This document shows positions 28,607 to 38,118 of a stretch of DNA of 64,000 bases, one piece after another. Made by a program: the position numbers and the translations under genes. Origin of the DNA: Eubacteriales bacterium (GTDB taxonomy: Bacteria; Bacillota; Clostridia; Oscillospirales; CAG-272); NCBI GenBank assembly GCA_045587025.1, contig JAZNBK010000053.1, positions 19,136 to 83,135 of the forward strand, written 5' to 3'. How positions within the stretch are numbered: position 1 is the first letter of the stretch; each line of letters begins with the position of its first letter. A model generated the notes under the pieces. That model searched no databases. It saw only the letters and a list, made by a program, of their open reading frames with translations, and had not been told where the DNA came from.

Positions 28607-29698
28607 TTAGAACTTAGTCGGACGGTTTACAAGATATCTCTTTACCATAAGAGCGACCTTGAAGGTGACCGCCTGATCAAATTCACGCAAATCAAGACCT
28701 GTAATCTTGCGAATCTTCTCTAATCTGTAAACCAAGGTGTTTCTGTGAACGAAAAGCTTTCTCGACGCCTCGGATACGTTCAGGTTGTTCTCAAAGAAGG
28801 TCTGCACCGTCGCCAGCGTTTCTCTGTCAAGAGACTCGAGCGGTCCTTTTTTGAACACCTCCTGCAAGAATATCTCGCAAAGAGTGGTAGGAAGCTGATA
28901 TATAAGACGGCCGATACCCAAATTGTCGTAGCTTATTACGTCCTTTTCGGTATCAAACACCTTTCCGACCTCGATAGAAATTCTCGCTTCCTTATACGCT
29001 CTCGCCAAATCCTTCAAGGAGTCCGAAATCGTACTTACGCCGATATACGCCTTGGCAAAAAATTCCGTGTTCAAGGTCTGAACGATAGATTCAGCCAATT
29101 CCTCCGCTTCTGAAATTTCGTAATTTTCAGGAACCTGTTTAACGAGAACGATATCCTGCTCGCTTATGCTGATTATATAATCGTGCGCTCTGTCGGGGAA
29201 CATTCCCTGAATAATATCGTAGGGGAGCATATCGGTCTTAACGCCAAATTTGATAATCAAAACGACGTGCTTTCCCTCTTCCTCAAAATGAAGCTCCTTG
29301 CTTTTTACGTAAATATCGCTCGGTAGGATATTATCAAGCATTATATTCTTGACAAAGGACGTCTTATCATGCTTTTCATAATAGAGACTTTTTATGCCGT
29401 CAAGAGTTACGGCGAGAATGCCCGTCGCCATTTCTGCGCGCTCATCTGTGCCTTCAACGAAAACGGTATATTCCTCGTTTTCTGCGCCGCTACCTACTAC
29501 GTAACGATATGTATATCCGCCAATAAGGGCAATGTTTCCCGAATAAGCAAGCTCTTCTCTAACTCCAAGTCGAGTTTCTCCTATTTGTGAATACTCGCTG
29601 CATGCAATAACAATCCCATTCTCGTCAATCACGCCGACAGTGCGTCCAACTGTGTCTCTTGTGCGTTGCATAACTCCTTGAAATATACGATTAGACAT
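28607..29698 (-). CDS. PucR/CdaR family transcriptional regulator
   Basis: ATG 29698 follows GTGAGGA. C-terminal PucR-type HTH SEASRKLFVHRNTLVYRLEKIRKITGLDL. Confidence 0.8.
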   Translation of the reverse strand: MSNRIFQGVMQRTRDTVGRTVGVIDENGIVIACSEYSQIGETRLGVREELAYSGNIALIGGYTYRYVVGSGAENEEYTVFVEGTDERAEMATGILAVTLDGIKSLYYEKHDKTSFVKNIMLDNILPSDIYVKSKELHFEEEGKHVVLIIKFGVKTDMLPYDIIQGMFPDRAHDYIISISEQDIVLVKQVPENYEISEAEELAESIVQTLNTEFFAKAYIGVSTISDSLKDLARAYKEARISIEVGKVFDTEKDVISYDNLGIGRLIYQLPTTLCEIFLQEVFKKGPLESLDRETLATVQTFFENNLNVSEASRKLFVHRNTLVYRLEKIRKITGLDLREFDQAVTFKVALMVKRYLVNRPTKF

Positions 29699-29946
29699 AT
29701 TTTTCCTCACTTTCAAAGCTTTCATGAATTTTAGTAGTCAAAAGCATTATATCTGCATAAAATCCAAAACGGTCAAATTTCACGGACAAAACGGTTTTGA
29801 GAATTTCGCTTTCTTATATTTGTGCCGTTTTAGTAATACTGTACTACATTGTAATATATTTTTTGTCGTTTTTCAATAGAAAAAATTAAAAAAATATAAA
29901 AATTTACAAATTTTTAGTCGTTTTTTTATACATTTTGCCCTGAAAA

Positions 29947-30684
29947 TTACAATTCATAAAAAAAGGATATGCAGGAAAGCGCAAAAATAGGAGCAGTTTC
30001 GCACCTTAAAATTCGTTTTCCGAGTGTGACAGGAATTGCGCCCTTCGCCTTCGCCTCGTTCGCTTCCCTTTCGGAAAAACCGCCCTCGCTTCCTATAATG
30101 ATAGCGAGAGAGCTTATATTTCTTCCCTTTTCATCAAGAAGCTGTTTTATCGTATCGGTATGGCAGTCCTCATAACAAAAAAGCGCCATATCGCACGCAG
30201 ATGCCCGTTCGAGCATAGCGTCGAAGGAAAGGGGGGCGCAAATCTCGGGTATGCGGGAGCGCCCGCACTGCTTCGCCGCCTCGCGCGCAATTTTGTTCAT
30301 TCTTGTGAGCTGTTTATCTATCTTTTCAGCTTTTGGGCGCTTAACGCATCTCTCGCTTTCAAAGGGCGTGACGCTAAAAACGCCGAGCTCTACCGACTTT
30401 TGAATTATAAGCTCGAGCTTATCGCCCTTCGGAAACGCCTGAAAAAGATGCACGAACAGGGGAGCTTCTCCCGCGCCGTCCCTCTCTTCGCATATCTCTG
30501 CCGTAACGGCTTCCCCGTCCATATGGCAAAGCTTGCACAGGTATTCTCTGCCGTCTTTATCGCAGACGGTAATGCTGTCGCCTACCGCCATACGCAAGGA
30601 ATAGGAAATATGATGAGCGTCCTCTCTGTCGAGCGTTACTATCTTGTCTTTGATTTTTTCGTTATCTACAAAAAATCTCGGCAT
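29947..30684 (-). CDS. rsmE: 16S rRNA (uracil1498-N3)-methyltransferase
   Basis: 245 aa with a GGAGG RBS. MPRFFV N-terminus and the SPOUT C-terminal motif IIIGSEGGFSEREA. Confidence 0.9.
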   Translation of the reverse strand: MPRFFVDNEKIKDKIVTLDREDAHHISYSLRMAVGDSITVCDKDGREYLCKLCHMDGEAVTAEICEERDGAGEAPLFVHLFQAFPKGDKLELIIQKSVELGVFSVTPFESERCVKRPKAEKIDKQLTRMNKIAREAAKQCGRSRIPEICAPLSFDAMLERASACDMALFCYEDCHTDTIKQLLDEKGRNISSLAIIIGSEGGFSEREANEAKAKGAIPVTLGKRILRCETAPIFALSCISFFYEL

Positions 30685-30697
30685 AAGCCCTCCAAGT

Positions 30698-31615
30698 TTA
30701 TTTTCTCTTCGCTAAAATTGCGAGCCAATCGTTCTCTCGCTTTTCCTCCACGGCAACATAGCCGTGCTCCTCTAACGCATTATATATTTCCGCCGCTCTC
30801 GGCTCAATTATACCCGAAAGAATTATTTTTCCGTCATCTGCGAGATAATCCTTCATTTCGGGCAACATTCTCAAAATTATGTCGGCGACGATATTCGCCA
30901 AAATCAGATCGTATTTTCCGTTTGAAAGGTCGACCGATTTGAACAAGTCCGACGTGTCGCAGGTGATATTCTTTGCGCCGTCCGCCGCTATATTCTCTCT
31001 CGCCACCTTAACTGCGACAGGATCGACGTCGTAAGCCGCGCAGCTTTTTGCGCCGAGCTTTGCGGCGCATATAGCGAGTATACCGCTTCCGCATCCCATA
31101 TCAAGAACTCTTTCATTTCCCGTCATTTTATCCTGCATAAGCTCGATTACCAAGCGGGTGGTTTCGTGCGTGCCCGTGCCGAACGCCATTCCGGGATCCA
31201 TACGCAAGACGATCTCGCCCTCGCCCGAGGTATATTCCTCCCAAGCGGGAACTATCGTTATCTTTCCGAGCTTTATCGGCTTATAATACTTTTTCCAGCT
31301 CTCCGCCCAGTCCTCCTCGCAAACACCCTCGTACCTGATTTCCGCGTCTATATTGAGCAAGGAAAGGCGTTCCTTCAAGAACGCCGTGTATTCGGGCAAG
31401 CTTTTGTCCTCTGAAACAAAGATAGAGACCTCCGCGTAATTTTTGTCCGCGTTTAAAATGCTTTCGTCTATCAGGTCGCCGTACATGCCGTTTACAGATA
31501 GGTCGCTGTAATCCTCTATCATAAGTCCGCTATCGAGCATGCACATAAGAGCGCAAAGGGCGTCGAAATCCTCTTTTTTTGCTCTTGCGGTCAATTTCGT
31601 CCACTGTTCTGCCAT
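30698..31615 (-). CDS. prmA: ribosomal protein L11 methyltransferase
   Basis: 305 aa. DPGMAFGTGTHETT and SAM motif VLDMGCGSGILA. Confidence 0.9.
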   Translation of the reverse strand: MAEQWTKLTARAKKEDFDALCALMCMLDSGLMIEDYSDLSVNGMYGDLIDESILNADKNYAEVSIFVSEDKSLPEYTAFLKERLSLLNIDAEIRYEGVCEEDWAESWKKYYKPIKLGKITIVPAWEEYTSGEGEIVLRMDPGMAFGTGTHETTRLVIELMQDKMTGNERVLDMGCGSGILAICAAKLGAKSCAAYDVDPVAVKVARENIAADGAKNITCDTSDLFKSVDLSNGKYDLILANIVADIILRMLPEMKDYLADDGKIILSGIIEPRAAEIYNALEEHGYVAVEEKRENDWLAILAKRK

Positions 31616-32523
31616 TTTTCTGCCTCTTTCATATCCTTATAGATTTGTTTTTTCAGCTCGTCAACGCTCGAAAAGCGCATCTCTTCACGAATAAAGTCAA
31701 GAAATTCCACCGTCACTTCCCTGCCGTACAGGTCGCCGTTATATCCCATTATATGAGTTTCGCAATTAACGCGGCCGTCGCTATCCACGGTAGGTCTGAC
31801 ACCGACGTTGGTGACCGAATAGTAATGCTCGCCGTCTATATAAGCTCTCGTTACGTAAACGCCGTTTTTGATTTTGACGATATTATCGTCGATATACTGA
31901 TTTGCGGTAGGCGAGCCGAGCGTATGCCCGAGCCCCTTGCCGTGATAGACCTCGCCCGTAACAGAAAAAGGTCTGCCTAAAAGCTCTCTCGCTTTTTTTA
32001 CGTCGCCTATCTCGACACAACGCCTTATAGCAGTCGAGCTTACGGGGCTTCCATTAATATTAAAGGCGGGGTATACTATGCACTCCGCGTTTTCCTTATT
32101 CATCAAAGAAACGAGAGTATCCGCATCTCCCGCGGCGCCGCGTCCAAATCTGAAATTATAACCGCACACGGAAAGCCGCGCGTTACAGACGCCGACGACT
32201 ATATGGCGCACAAATTCCTCGGGCGACATATTTTTTACCGACTGAAAATCCAAAATAACGGCGTAATCAATCCCCAATTCTCTGAAAAGCTCAAGCTTTT
32301 CTCTTTCAGAAGAGAGGCGCATTGCGCCGTTTTTCAAGCCCGTGCCCCCACTCTCCGAAAATGTGAGCACGGCAGAAGAGAGACCTCTGCTCTTCGCCTC
32401 AGAAACGGCGAGCGACAAAAGCTCCCGATGCCCCAGATGAACGCCGTCAAAAAATCCAAGCGCCACCACCGTATGCTCTGTAACGGTAGTGGCTTCCCGG
32501 CTTTGTAAATTCAGTATTCTCAA
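31591..32523 (-). CDS. ribF: bifunctional riboflavin kinase / FMN adenylyltransferase
   Basis: 310 aa. [12 protein letters not shown] adenylyltransferase motif and a C-terminal riboflavin kinase region (GSPTANQ). Apparent TTG start overlapping the ireB stop (TTGA). Confidence 0.9.
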   Translation of the reverse strand: MRILNLQSREATTVTEHTVVALGFFDGVHLGHRELLSLAVSEAKSRGLSSAVLTFSESGGTGLKNGAMRLSSEREKLELFRELGIDYAVILDFQSVKNMSPEEFVRHIVVGVCNARLSVCGYNFRFGRGAAGDADTLVSLMNKENAECIVYPAFNINGSPVSSTAIRRCVEIGDVKKARELLGRPFSVTGEVYHGKGLGHTLGSPTANQYIDDNIVKIKNGVYVTRAYIDGEHYYSVTNVGVRPTVDSDGRVNCETHIMGYNGDLYGREVTVEFLDFIREEMRFSSVDELKKQIYKDMKEAEKWQNSGRN

Positions 32524-32777
32524 AAGTTAGAATTTAAATAACTCTTAAGCAACAACGCAAGTAGCTCGTCTCTGTCTATCTTGCGGATAAGTCCGCGCGC
32601 GCCGTTGTGATTAGTTATATATGTCGGGTCCTCGGAGATAATATACCCAACGAGCTGATTGATAGGGTTGTAGCCCTTTTCCGTCAACGCCTGATAAACC
32701 GTACCTAATATACGGCGAATTTCTATATCCTGGTCCGACGGCTTTGAAAACGTTATGGTTTTATTTTCATTATTCAT
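32520..32777 (-). CDS. ireB: IreB family regulatory phosphoprotein (UPF0297)
   Basis: 85 aa. [34 protein letters not shown] is highly characteristic of the family. Confidence 0.8.
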   Translation of the reverse strand: MNNENKTITFSKPSDQDIEIRRILGTVYQALTEKGYNPINQLVGYIISEDPTYITNHNGARGLIRKIDRDELLALLLKSYLNSNF

Positions 32778-32954
32778 TTTGCAATTCCTTTCTCTTTCGG
32801 AATTCCGTTTTATTTATTATACACTTTTTTTCTCTCTAAGTCAATACATTTCCCCAATAAATGAATTTATAAAGTAAAATTGAAAGATATGCTCCGTTTA
32901 TTGACAAAATACCGTCATTGTGGTAAAATATGAAAAAAACTAAAGAGGTTATAT

Positions 32955-34076
32955 ATGAGATTTGAGCTTGTCGCTACCTGCCTTTTCGGTCTTGAGCATT
33001 TGCTTGGCGAGGAAATTGACAATTTAGGATACGAGCGCATAAAAACGATAGACGGCAGAGTCAGCTTTTTAGGCGATTTTGAGGCGGTCGCAATTGCTAA
33101 CGTGTTTTTGAGATACGCCGAAAGAGTATATATCAAGCTCGGCGAGTTTGAGGCGGATACCTTCGACGCCCTCTTTGAAGGCACGAAGGCGCTCCCATGG
33201 GAAACCTGGATAGGAAAGAACGACGCCTTCCCCGTGAAGGGACATTCTATAAACAGCGCTCTTTTTTCGATACCCGACTGTCAGAAAATAGTCAAAAAGG
33301 CGATAGTTTCCCGTCTTTCCGACGCCTACGGGATAAAATGGTTTGAGGAAATCGGTGTTAAATATCAGGTCGAGTTCTTCATCTTGAAAAATTCCGCCTC
33401 GCTTATGATAGATACCTCGGGCGTACCCCTGCACAAGAGAGGATATCGAACGGAAGCGAATATGGCGCCTATCAGAGAAACTCTTGCGGCGGCAATAGCG
33501 ACTATCTCCCGTCCTCGTGAGGACGTATTGCTATGGGACCCGCTCTGCGGCAGCGGAACTATCGCGATAGAGGCGGCAATGCTGATAAACAAAATCGCCC
33601 CCGGTAAAAATCGCTCTTTTTCAGCCGAGCAGTTCCCTCTTATTCCAAAAGCGCATTGGAAAAACGCAAGAGAGGAGGCGAGCGACACCGAGCTTCACAC
33701 AAAATTTGAGGCGTTCGCCTCGGATATCGACGCCGAGTGCGTAAAAATAGCCGAAAGCAACTGTAAGAGAGCGGGCGTTTCGCAGTATGTAAAATGCTTT
33801 CAGGCGGACGCAAGAAAAATAACTTCGGACGGCAGGCGAGGAACAATAGTAACAAATCCGCCTTACGGAGAAAGATTACAAACGAAAGAGGAGGCGCAAC
33901 GCCTGTACCGTGAGTTAGGCGTCAAATTCAGATCTCTCGCTCCCTGGCAGGTATACGTAATTACCTCGGACGACCGCTTTGAATCCCTCTACGGAAAGCG
34001 CGCCGACAAGGTGAGAAAGATATATAACGGAATGATTCCCTGCTATTTGTATCAATTTTTCAAAAACAACAAATAA
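32955..34076 (+). CDS. THUMP domain-containing class I SAM-dependent RNA methyltransferase
   Basis: 373 aa with an AAGAGG RBS. THUMP N-domain, SAM motif DPLCGSGTIAIEA, and catalytic NPPYGERL. Confidence 0.85.
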   Translation: MRFELVATCLFGLEHLLGEEIDNLGYERIKTIDGRVSFLGDFEAVAIANVFLRYAERVYIKLGEFEADTFDALFEGTKALPWETWIGKNDAFPVKGHSINSALFSIPDCQKIVKKAIVSRLSDAYGIKWFEEIGVKYQVEFFILKNSASLMIDTSGVPLHKRGYRTEANMAPIRETLAAAIATISRPREDVLLWDPLCGSGTIAIEAAMLINKIAPGKNRSFSAEQFPLIPKAHWKNAREEASDTELHTKFEAFASDIDAECVKIAESNCKRAGVSQYVKCFQADARKITSDGRRGTIVTNPPYGERLQTKEEAQRLYRELGVKFRSLAPWQVYVITSDDRFESLYGKRADKVRKIYNGMIPCYLYQFFKNNK

Positions 34077-34136
34077 TTAAATAGAATAATCCTCTTTCTT
34101 TAGGGCAAACTTTAGCTATATAGAAAGAGGATTTTT

Positions 34137-35606
34137 ATGAATACGTTATCAAAAGAATATAATAAAAATACGAAAAACCTTAGTGAAATTTTACGGGTAA
34201 GCGAAAGCTTCGACCTGATATGCCGAAAGCTGAGCATAGGAAAGGACGAGGCGACCTTCTATTACATCGACGGCTTCGTAAAGGACGGAGTAATGCAAAA
34301 AATGATGCTGTATTTCCTATCCTTGAAGGAGCTTTGTCCGGGCAAAAACTCCGCCCAAAATTTTGCGGATAAGCACGTCCCTTACGTAGAGGTTGATATC
34401 AGCTCGGACGTCGACGCCCTGGTTCTGGCGGTTCTCTCGGGCGCCGTGGTTATGCTTGGAAGCACCTTTGAGGACAAGGCGATTATAATAGACGCGAGAA
34501 GCTATCCCGCGAGAAGCACGGAAGAGCCGAACAATGACAGAGTTATGCAGGGAGCGAAGGACGGCTTTGTCGAAACGCTGGTTTTCAACACTGCGCTCTT
34601 GCGGCGCAGAGTTCGTGATACACGGCTTACCATGATGTATAAAAACGTGGGAGGAGCTTCGAAAACCGACGTAGTTATATGCTATATGGAGGGGCTTGCA
34701 AAGAAAAGCTACGTGGATGCGCTATCGAAAAAGTTAGACGAAATTACACCGAAGGCAATGACTATGGGCGCAATGAGCTTGACAGAATGTCTGATAAAGC
34801 GCAGGTGGTATAACCCGTTCCCGAAGATAAGAACGCTTGAGCGTCCCGACGCCGCCGCTGCCGAAATTATGGAAGGAAAAATTTTGATAATTTGCGACAC
34901 CTCGCCTCAGGTATTGGTGTTGCCTACCTCGATTTTCGACTTCTGGCAGGAAACGAATGACTATTATTTTCCGCCACTCACCGGCTGTTATTTAAGAATA
35001 ATCAGACACTTCGTATTTCTCCTCTCACTCGTCTTGACGCCGACATGGCTTCTGCTTTTGCAAAATTCAGATATCCTATCTCCGAAATTAAGCTTTATTA
35101 TCCCCGAATCCCCGGGCGGAATGCCGATACTTTTACAGCTGATTTTATGCGAGCTTGCGATAGACGGGTTGAAGCTCGCTTCGATGAACACGCCAAATAT
35201 GCTCTCGAACTCGCTCAGCGTAATAGGCGGTCTGATTTTAGGTGACTTCGCCGTACAAATCGGCTGGCTCTGCGGAGACGTAATTTTTTATTCTGCTATT
35301 GTCGCCATTACGGGATTTTCCCAACAGAACTATGAGCTTGGTTACGCATTTAAATTTTTAAGAGTGTTGCTTTTGCTTCTGACGGCATCATTAGGTCTTA
35401 TAGGTTATATTTTAGGAATTTTGCTCGTGCCGATATTGCTGATAACGAACAAAACCATAAACGGCGGTCACAGTTATCTTTATCCTGTGTTCCCCTTTAA
35501 TGCGAAAGCGCTCCTCAGGTTGTATTTTCGTGTAAAAAAAGACGATTTTGAGGATAAAACGGAAAAAACGGGAAATTTTGATAAAAAAATGCTTGACAAA
35601 CGCTAA
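34137..35606 (+). CDS. GerA-family spore germination protein (SpoVAF-like)
   Basis: 489 aa. Soluble N-domain (FYYIDGFVKDGVMQKMM, PARSTEEPNNDRVMQGAKDGFVE) plus a C-terminal multi-TM region typical of the GerA/SpoVAF A-subunit family. No B or C subunits are adjacent. Confidence 0.75.
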   Translation: MNTLSKEYNKNTKNLSEILRVSESFDLICRKLSIGKDEATFYYIDGFVKDGVMQKMMLYFLSLKELCPGKNSAQNFADKHVPYVEVDISSDVDALVLAVLSGAVVMLGSTFEDKAIIIDARSYPARSTEEPNNDRVMQGAKDGFVETLVFNTALLRRRVRDTRLTMMYKNVGGASKTDVVICYMEGLAKKSYVDALSKKLDEITPKAMTMGAMSLTECLIKRRWYNPFPKIRTLERPDAAAAEIMEGKILIICDTSPQVLVLPTSIFDFWQETNDYYFPPLTGCYLRIIRHFVFLLSLVLTPTWLLLLQNSDILSPKLSFIIPESPGGMPILLQLILCELAIDGLKLASMNTPNMLSNSLSVIGGLILGDFAVQIGWLCGDVIFYSAIVAITGFSQQNYELGYAFKFLRVLLLLLTASLGLIGYILGILLVPILLITNKTINGGHSYLYPVFPFNAKALLRLYFRVKKDDFEDKTEKTGNFDKKMLDKR

Positions 35607-35652
35607 AATCGTGCTATAATATACAAGTACCCTTGCAATAGCGGGGGGATAA

Positions 35653-35728
35653 TGCGGCATCGCCAAGCGGTAAGGCACCAGACTCTGACTCTGGCATTAC
35701 CTAGGTTCGAATCCTAGTGCCGCAGCCA
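35653..35728 (+). tRNA. tRNA-Gln (anticodon CUG), CCA encoded
   Basis: Acceptor TGCGGCA/TGCCGCA (U1-A72, as in bacterial tRNA-Gln). Anticodon stem CCAGA/TCTGG with loop CTCTGAC. T arm CTAGG-TTCGAAT-CCTAG. By my parse the variable region is 6 nt. Confidence 0.85.
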
Positions 35729-35735
35729 ACGCAAA

Positions 35736-35760
35736 GGACACCTTCGGGTGTCCTTTTTTT
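35736..35760 (+). terminator. intrinsic terminator after tRNA-Gln
   Basis: Stem GGACACC, loop TTCG, stem GGTGTCC, then T7. The stem can extend outward into the tRNA 3' end (see findings). Confidence 0.85.
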
Positions 35761-35939
35761 GCGTTGGTTGCGGCACTTCGGCTTCGTACCTAGCCCTTTT
35801 CGCTTTGCGAAAAGGTTAGGTTCGCATTTCCCACCCGAAGATCGACAAGCTCGCTTGTCAGGCGCAGGGCGAGAAAATCCTCGCCATAGGCGAGACCCCT
35901 AGTGCAAAAACCCAAATCGATAAAATTTCTAAAAAGGCA

Positions 35940-35968
35940 TTTACAATTATTTGAAATTGTGATATACT
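35940..35968 (+). promoter_or_regulatory. sigma-A promoter with extended -10 driving the lipoprotein leader
   Basis: TTTACA (35940-35945), 17 nt, TGaTATACT (TATACT at 35963-35968). Confidence 0.6.
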
Positions 35969-35973
35969 AAATT

Positions 35974-36148
35974 CGCCAGACAGTCTTAATATCATAGTTA
36001 TAGGTTTTTCTCATTATAGAAAAGCTATAACTTTTTTCGCTATACAATTAGGCCAATTCGTTTTGGTAAAAACGCGACTCCTGCTTGATTGTATAGATAA
36101 CCTATGCTATGAAGAGATTGTTTGGCGACAATTGGAGTTTGCGTTTTT
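35974..36148 (+). ncRNA. candidate structured 5' leader (riboswitch-like, class unknown)
   Basis: Nested helices: P1 35974-35986/36115-36127 (13 bp, 2 G-U); P2 35993-36005/36100-36111 (12 bp, 1 G-U, 1 bulge); P3 36040-36048/36088-36096 (9 bp); hairpin 36014-36030. All non-Watson-Crick pairs are G-U only when read on the + strand. Confidence 0.4.
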
Positions 36149-36150
36149 CG

Positions 36151-36179
36151 GTGCGCTAACTTCGGTTGGCGCACTTTTT
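36151..36179 (+). terminator. leader (attenuator) terminator immediately upstream of the lipoprotein RBS
   Basis: 10-bp stem GTGCGCTAAC / GTTGGCGCAC (one G-U), UUCG tetraloop, T5. It ends 6 nt before the AGGAGG RBS (36186-36191) and 23 nt before ATG 36203. Confidence 0.7.
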
Positions 36180-36202
36180 AATTTTAGGAGGAATTATAAA
36201 AA

Positions 36203-37795
36203 ATGAGAAAAATTTTATCTTTCTGTCTTGCTCTGTTGTGTATTGCTTTTGTTTTTTGTATTTCTGGGTGCAATTCGTCCAGCACCTCTGATTACATAGA
36301 AGAAAAACCAATTACACCGTATTCAGCAAGCGAATGTATAGGAAAAACCTATTCAGATGTTGCTTCTGCTTTTTCAAAAACTGGATTTTTAAATGTTACT
36401 AAAGAATACGTTTATGACCTTGAGTTATATGAAACAGAAAAAGACTCTACGGTAAAATCTATATCAATAAACGGAATAACTGATTTTGCGGGAAATATGG
36501 AGTTTAACAAGCTTTCAAATGTAATTATAATATGCCATTCAATTAAAAAGATAAACGCTCCTACTTCTTCAAATGAAGCAAACGAGATAGATGCATCATT
36601 GCTTTTGGAAAAGTTTAAAAATGCGGGATTTACAAATGTATCAATAACAGAAAAACTTGACCTCGATCCAGACAAAACAGACAAACTTTTTGAAAATGAG
36701 ATTATAATAGGTGGTAAATCTTCGTTTAGCACTCAAGATCAATTTCAACACACCGAAGAAGTAAAAATCATTACACATAAGCCGTTTCAAAAGCACAAAG
36801 TGAAGGTAATAATTGATTTCGTTCCTAACCTCTTATTCAACAGATATAGCGTCGTTGTTGAACTTGGTGATAAAAAAATAAATTTGGGGCACGGTGAAGA
36901 TGCAGAATTTGAATGTTCATTAAAATCCGATTTTTACTATGTAAAAGTTTATAGCAAAACAGAACCATCTATAAAAGGCTCTTTGAAAATACAGGTTAAC
37001 GGCGAAACGGAAGCTGCATATAAAATAACCTGTTATTCAGAAGAAATTGACATAACAGAGCAATATATAATTAACAAAGGAGAAATAGGCGCTAACGAAG
37101 CCATTATACCCATTTCTTCGTCAAATTGTAAGTATAAAAATTATAGAGATATAGAACAACATTTCATTCAAGCAGGGTTTTCTAATATTTCAACCAAGAT
37201 TTTATATGATATATATTGGGGCTTGACGGCTGAAGGAGAAGTCGATAGCGTTTCAGTTGATGGTAATACAAAATTTGAAATGGGTGATATATTCAATAAA
37301 TCAGCGCCAATTGTAATCACCTATCATATGAAAGAAGAAGATGACCCATCTAGACCTGTTGTCACAGCACAACCAGCAGTAACGACAAAAGCTCCGAGCG
37401 AAACCACGCCCCAGCCTTTATACTATTCCACCAACACTAGAGAAAGTGCCAAAAACGGAAATACAGGTGTGTTCTCTTATAGAGATAGAGGTAGCTCTTA
37501 TGACATTTACTGGATAATTGACTTTGACGAAGGATATGTATATTATTTCACCGAAGGGAACGGCGAGTCATCTTGTGACAGAGTGAAAATTGTTTCTGGA
37601 ACCTTAAATGATGCTGTCACTATCACATATCACGACGGGGGGGATGTTTGGTCCTACAAATTGCATTTCAAATATGTTGGACATCCTGAAACTTTAATAA
37701 TGGTAGACCAAAACGGTTTTGATTGGAAATATTCAACAACCGATTTGGACAATGCTTTGGCTTTATTGGCAACAAAAAAGATAAAAGATTATTAA
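36203..37795 (+). CDS. hypothetical lipoprotein with three internal ~70-aa repeats
   Basis: 530 aa. Signal peptide with lipobox FCISGC. Three related modules containing (K/Q)(T/A)GF-x-N(V/I)(T/S) ... V-x-S(I/V)S(I/V)(N/D)G ... H. Pro/Thr linker PVVTAQPAVTTKAPSETTPQP. AT-rich. Confidence 0.7.
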   Translation: MRKILSFCLALLCIAFVFCISGCNSSSTSDYIEEKPITPYSASECIGKTYSDVASAFSKTGFLNVTKEYVYDLELYETEKDSTVKSISINGITDFAGNMEFNKLSNVIIICHSIKKINAPTSSNEANEIDASLLLEKFKNAGFTNVSITEKLDLDPDKTDKLFENEIIIGGKSSFSTQDQFQHTEEVKIITHKPFQKHKVKVIIDFVPNLLFNRYSVVVELGDKKINLGHGEDAEFECSLKSDFYYVKVYSKTEPSIKGSLKIQVNGETEAAYKITCYSEEIDITEQYIINKGEIGANEAIIPISSSNCKYKNYRDIEQHFIQAGFSNISTKILYDIYWGLTAEGEVDSVSVDGNTKFEMGDIFNKSAPIVITYHMKEEDDPSRPVVTAQPAVTTKAPSETTPQPLYYSTNTRESAKNGNTGVFSYRDRGSSYDIYWIIDFDEGYVYYFTEGNGESSCDRVKIVSGTLNDAVTITYHDGGDVWSYKLHFKYVGHPETLIMVDQNGFDWKYSTTDLDNALALLATKKIKDY

Positions 37796-37880
37796 TGAAA
37801 TTTAAAATGTCATACTTGATTTTTATTACAACTGAATTGAAACTGGGATAACTTGTCATCTATTTCGGTCGCCAAACACA

Positions 37881-37915
37881 AAAAAGGGGCTGTCTCATTA
37901 AGATAGCCCCTTTTT
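37881..37915 (+). terminator. intrinsic terminator after the lipoprotein gene
   Basis: A5, stem GGGGCTGTCT, loop CATTA, stem AGATAGCCCC (one G-U), then T5. Confidence 0.85.
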
Positions 37916-38054
37916 CAGTTATATTCGCCTTGTGGCGAGTGATATGCACAAATGCGTGATATGTCCTTCTGCTTATTCCTCTTTCTTTTCGTAATTTTTC
38001 GATGACAAATCAAAATTCTATCAGGCAGTATTATAAAATTTACTTTACCACTTG

Positions 38055-38083
38055 TTGACAACCAATGAAAAATTTGCTATACT
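38055..38083 (+). promoter_or_regulatory. sigma-A promoter for glycerate kinase
   Basis: TTGACA (38055-38060), 17 nt, TATACT (38078-38083). Confidence 0.6.
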
Positions 38084-38118
38084 GTTATAAACACATTTTC
38101 ATGGGAGAAGTTGTACGT

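Noticed and set aside
30160-30942. 260-aa plus-strand ORF spanning rsmE/prmA (similar antisense ORFs at 38311-39012, 22861-23475, 19480-20013, 52970-53551, 53840-54880)
   Set aside because: All lie antisense to genes with strong family motifs, cross gene boundaries, and lack RBSs and recognisable domains.
35761-35905. Degenerate second tRNA or tRNA pseudogene downstream of tRNA-Gln (GGTTCGCAT resembles a T-loop)
   Set aside because: I could not fold a cloverleaf. The T-stem does not pair and there is no acceptor stem, so it is treated only as a hairpin cluster or possible att remnant.
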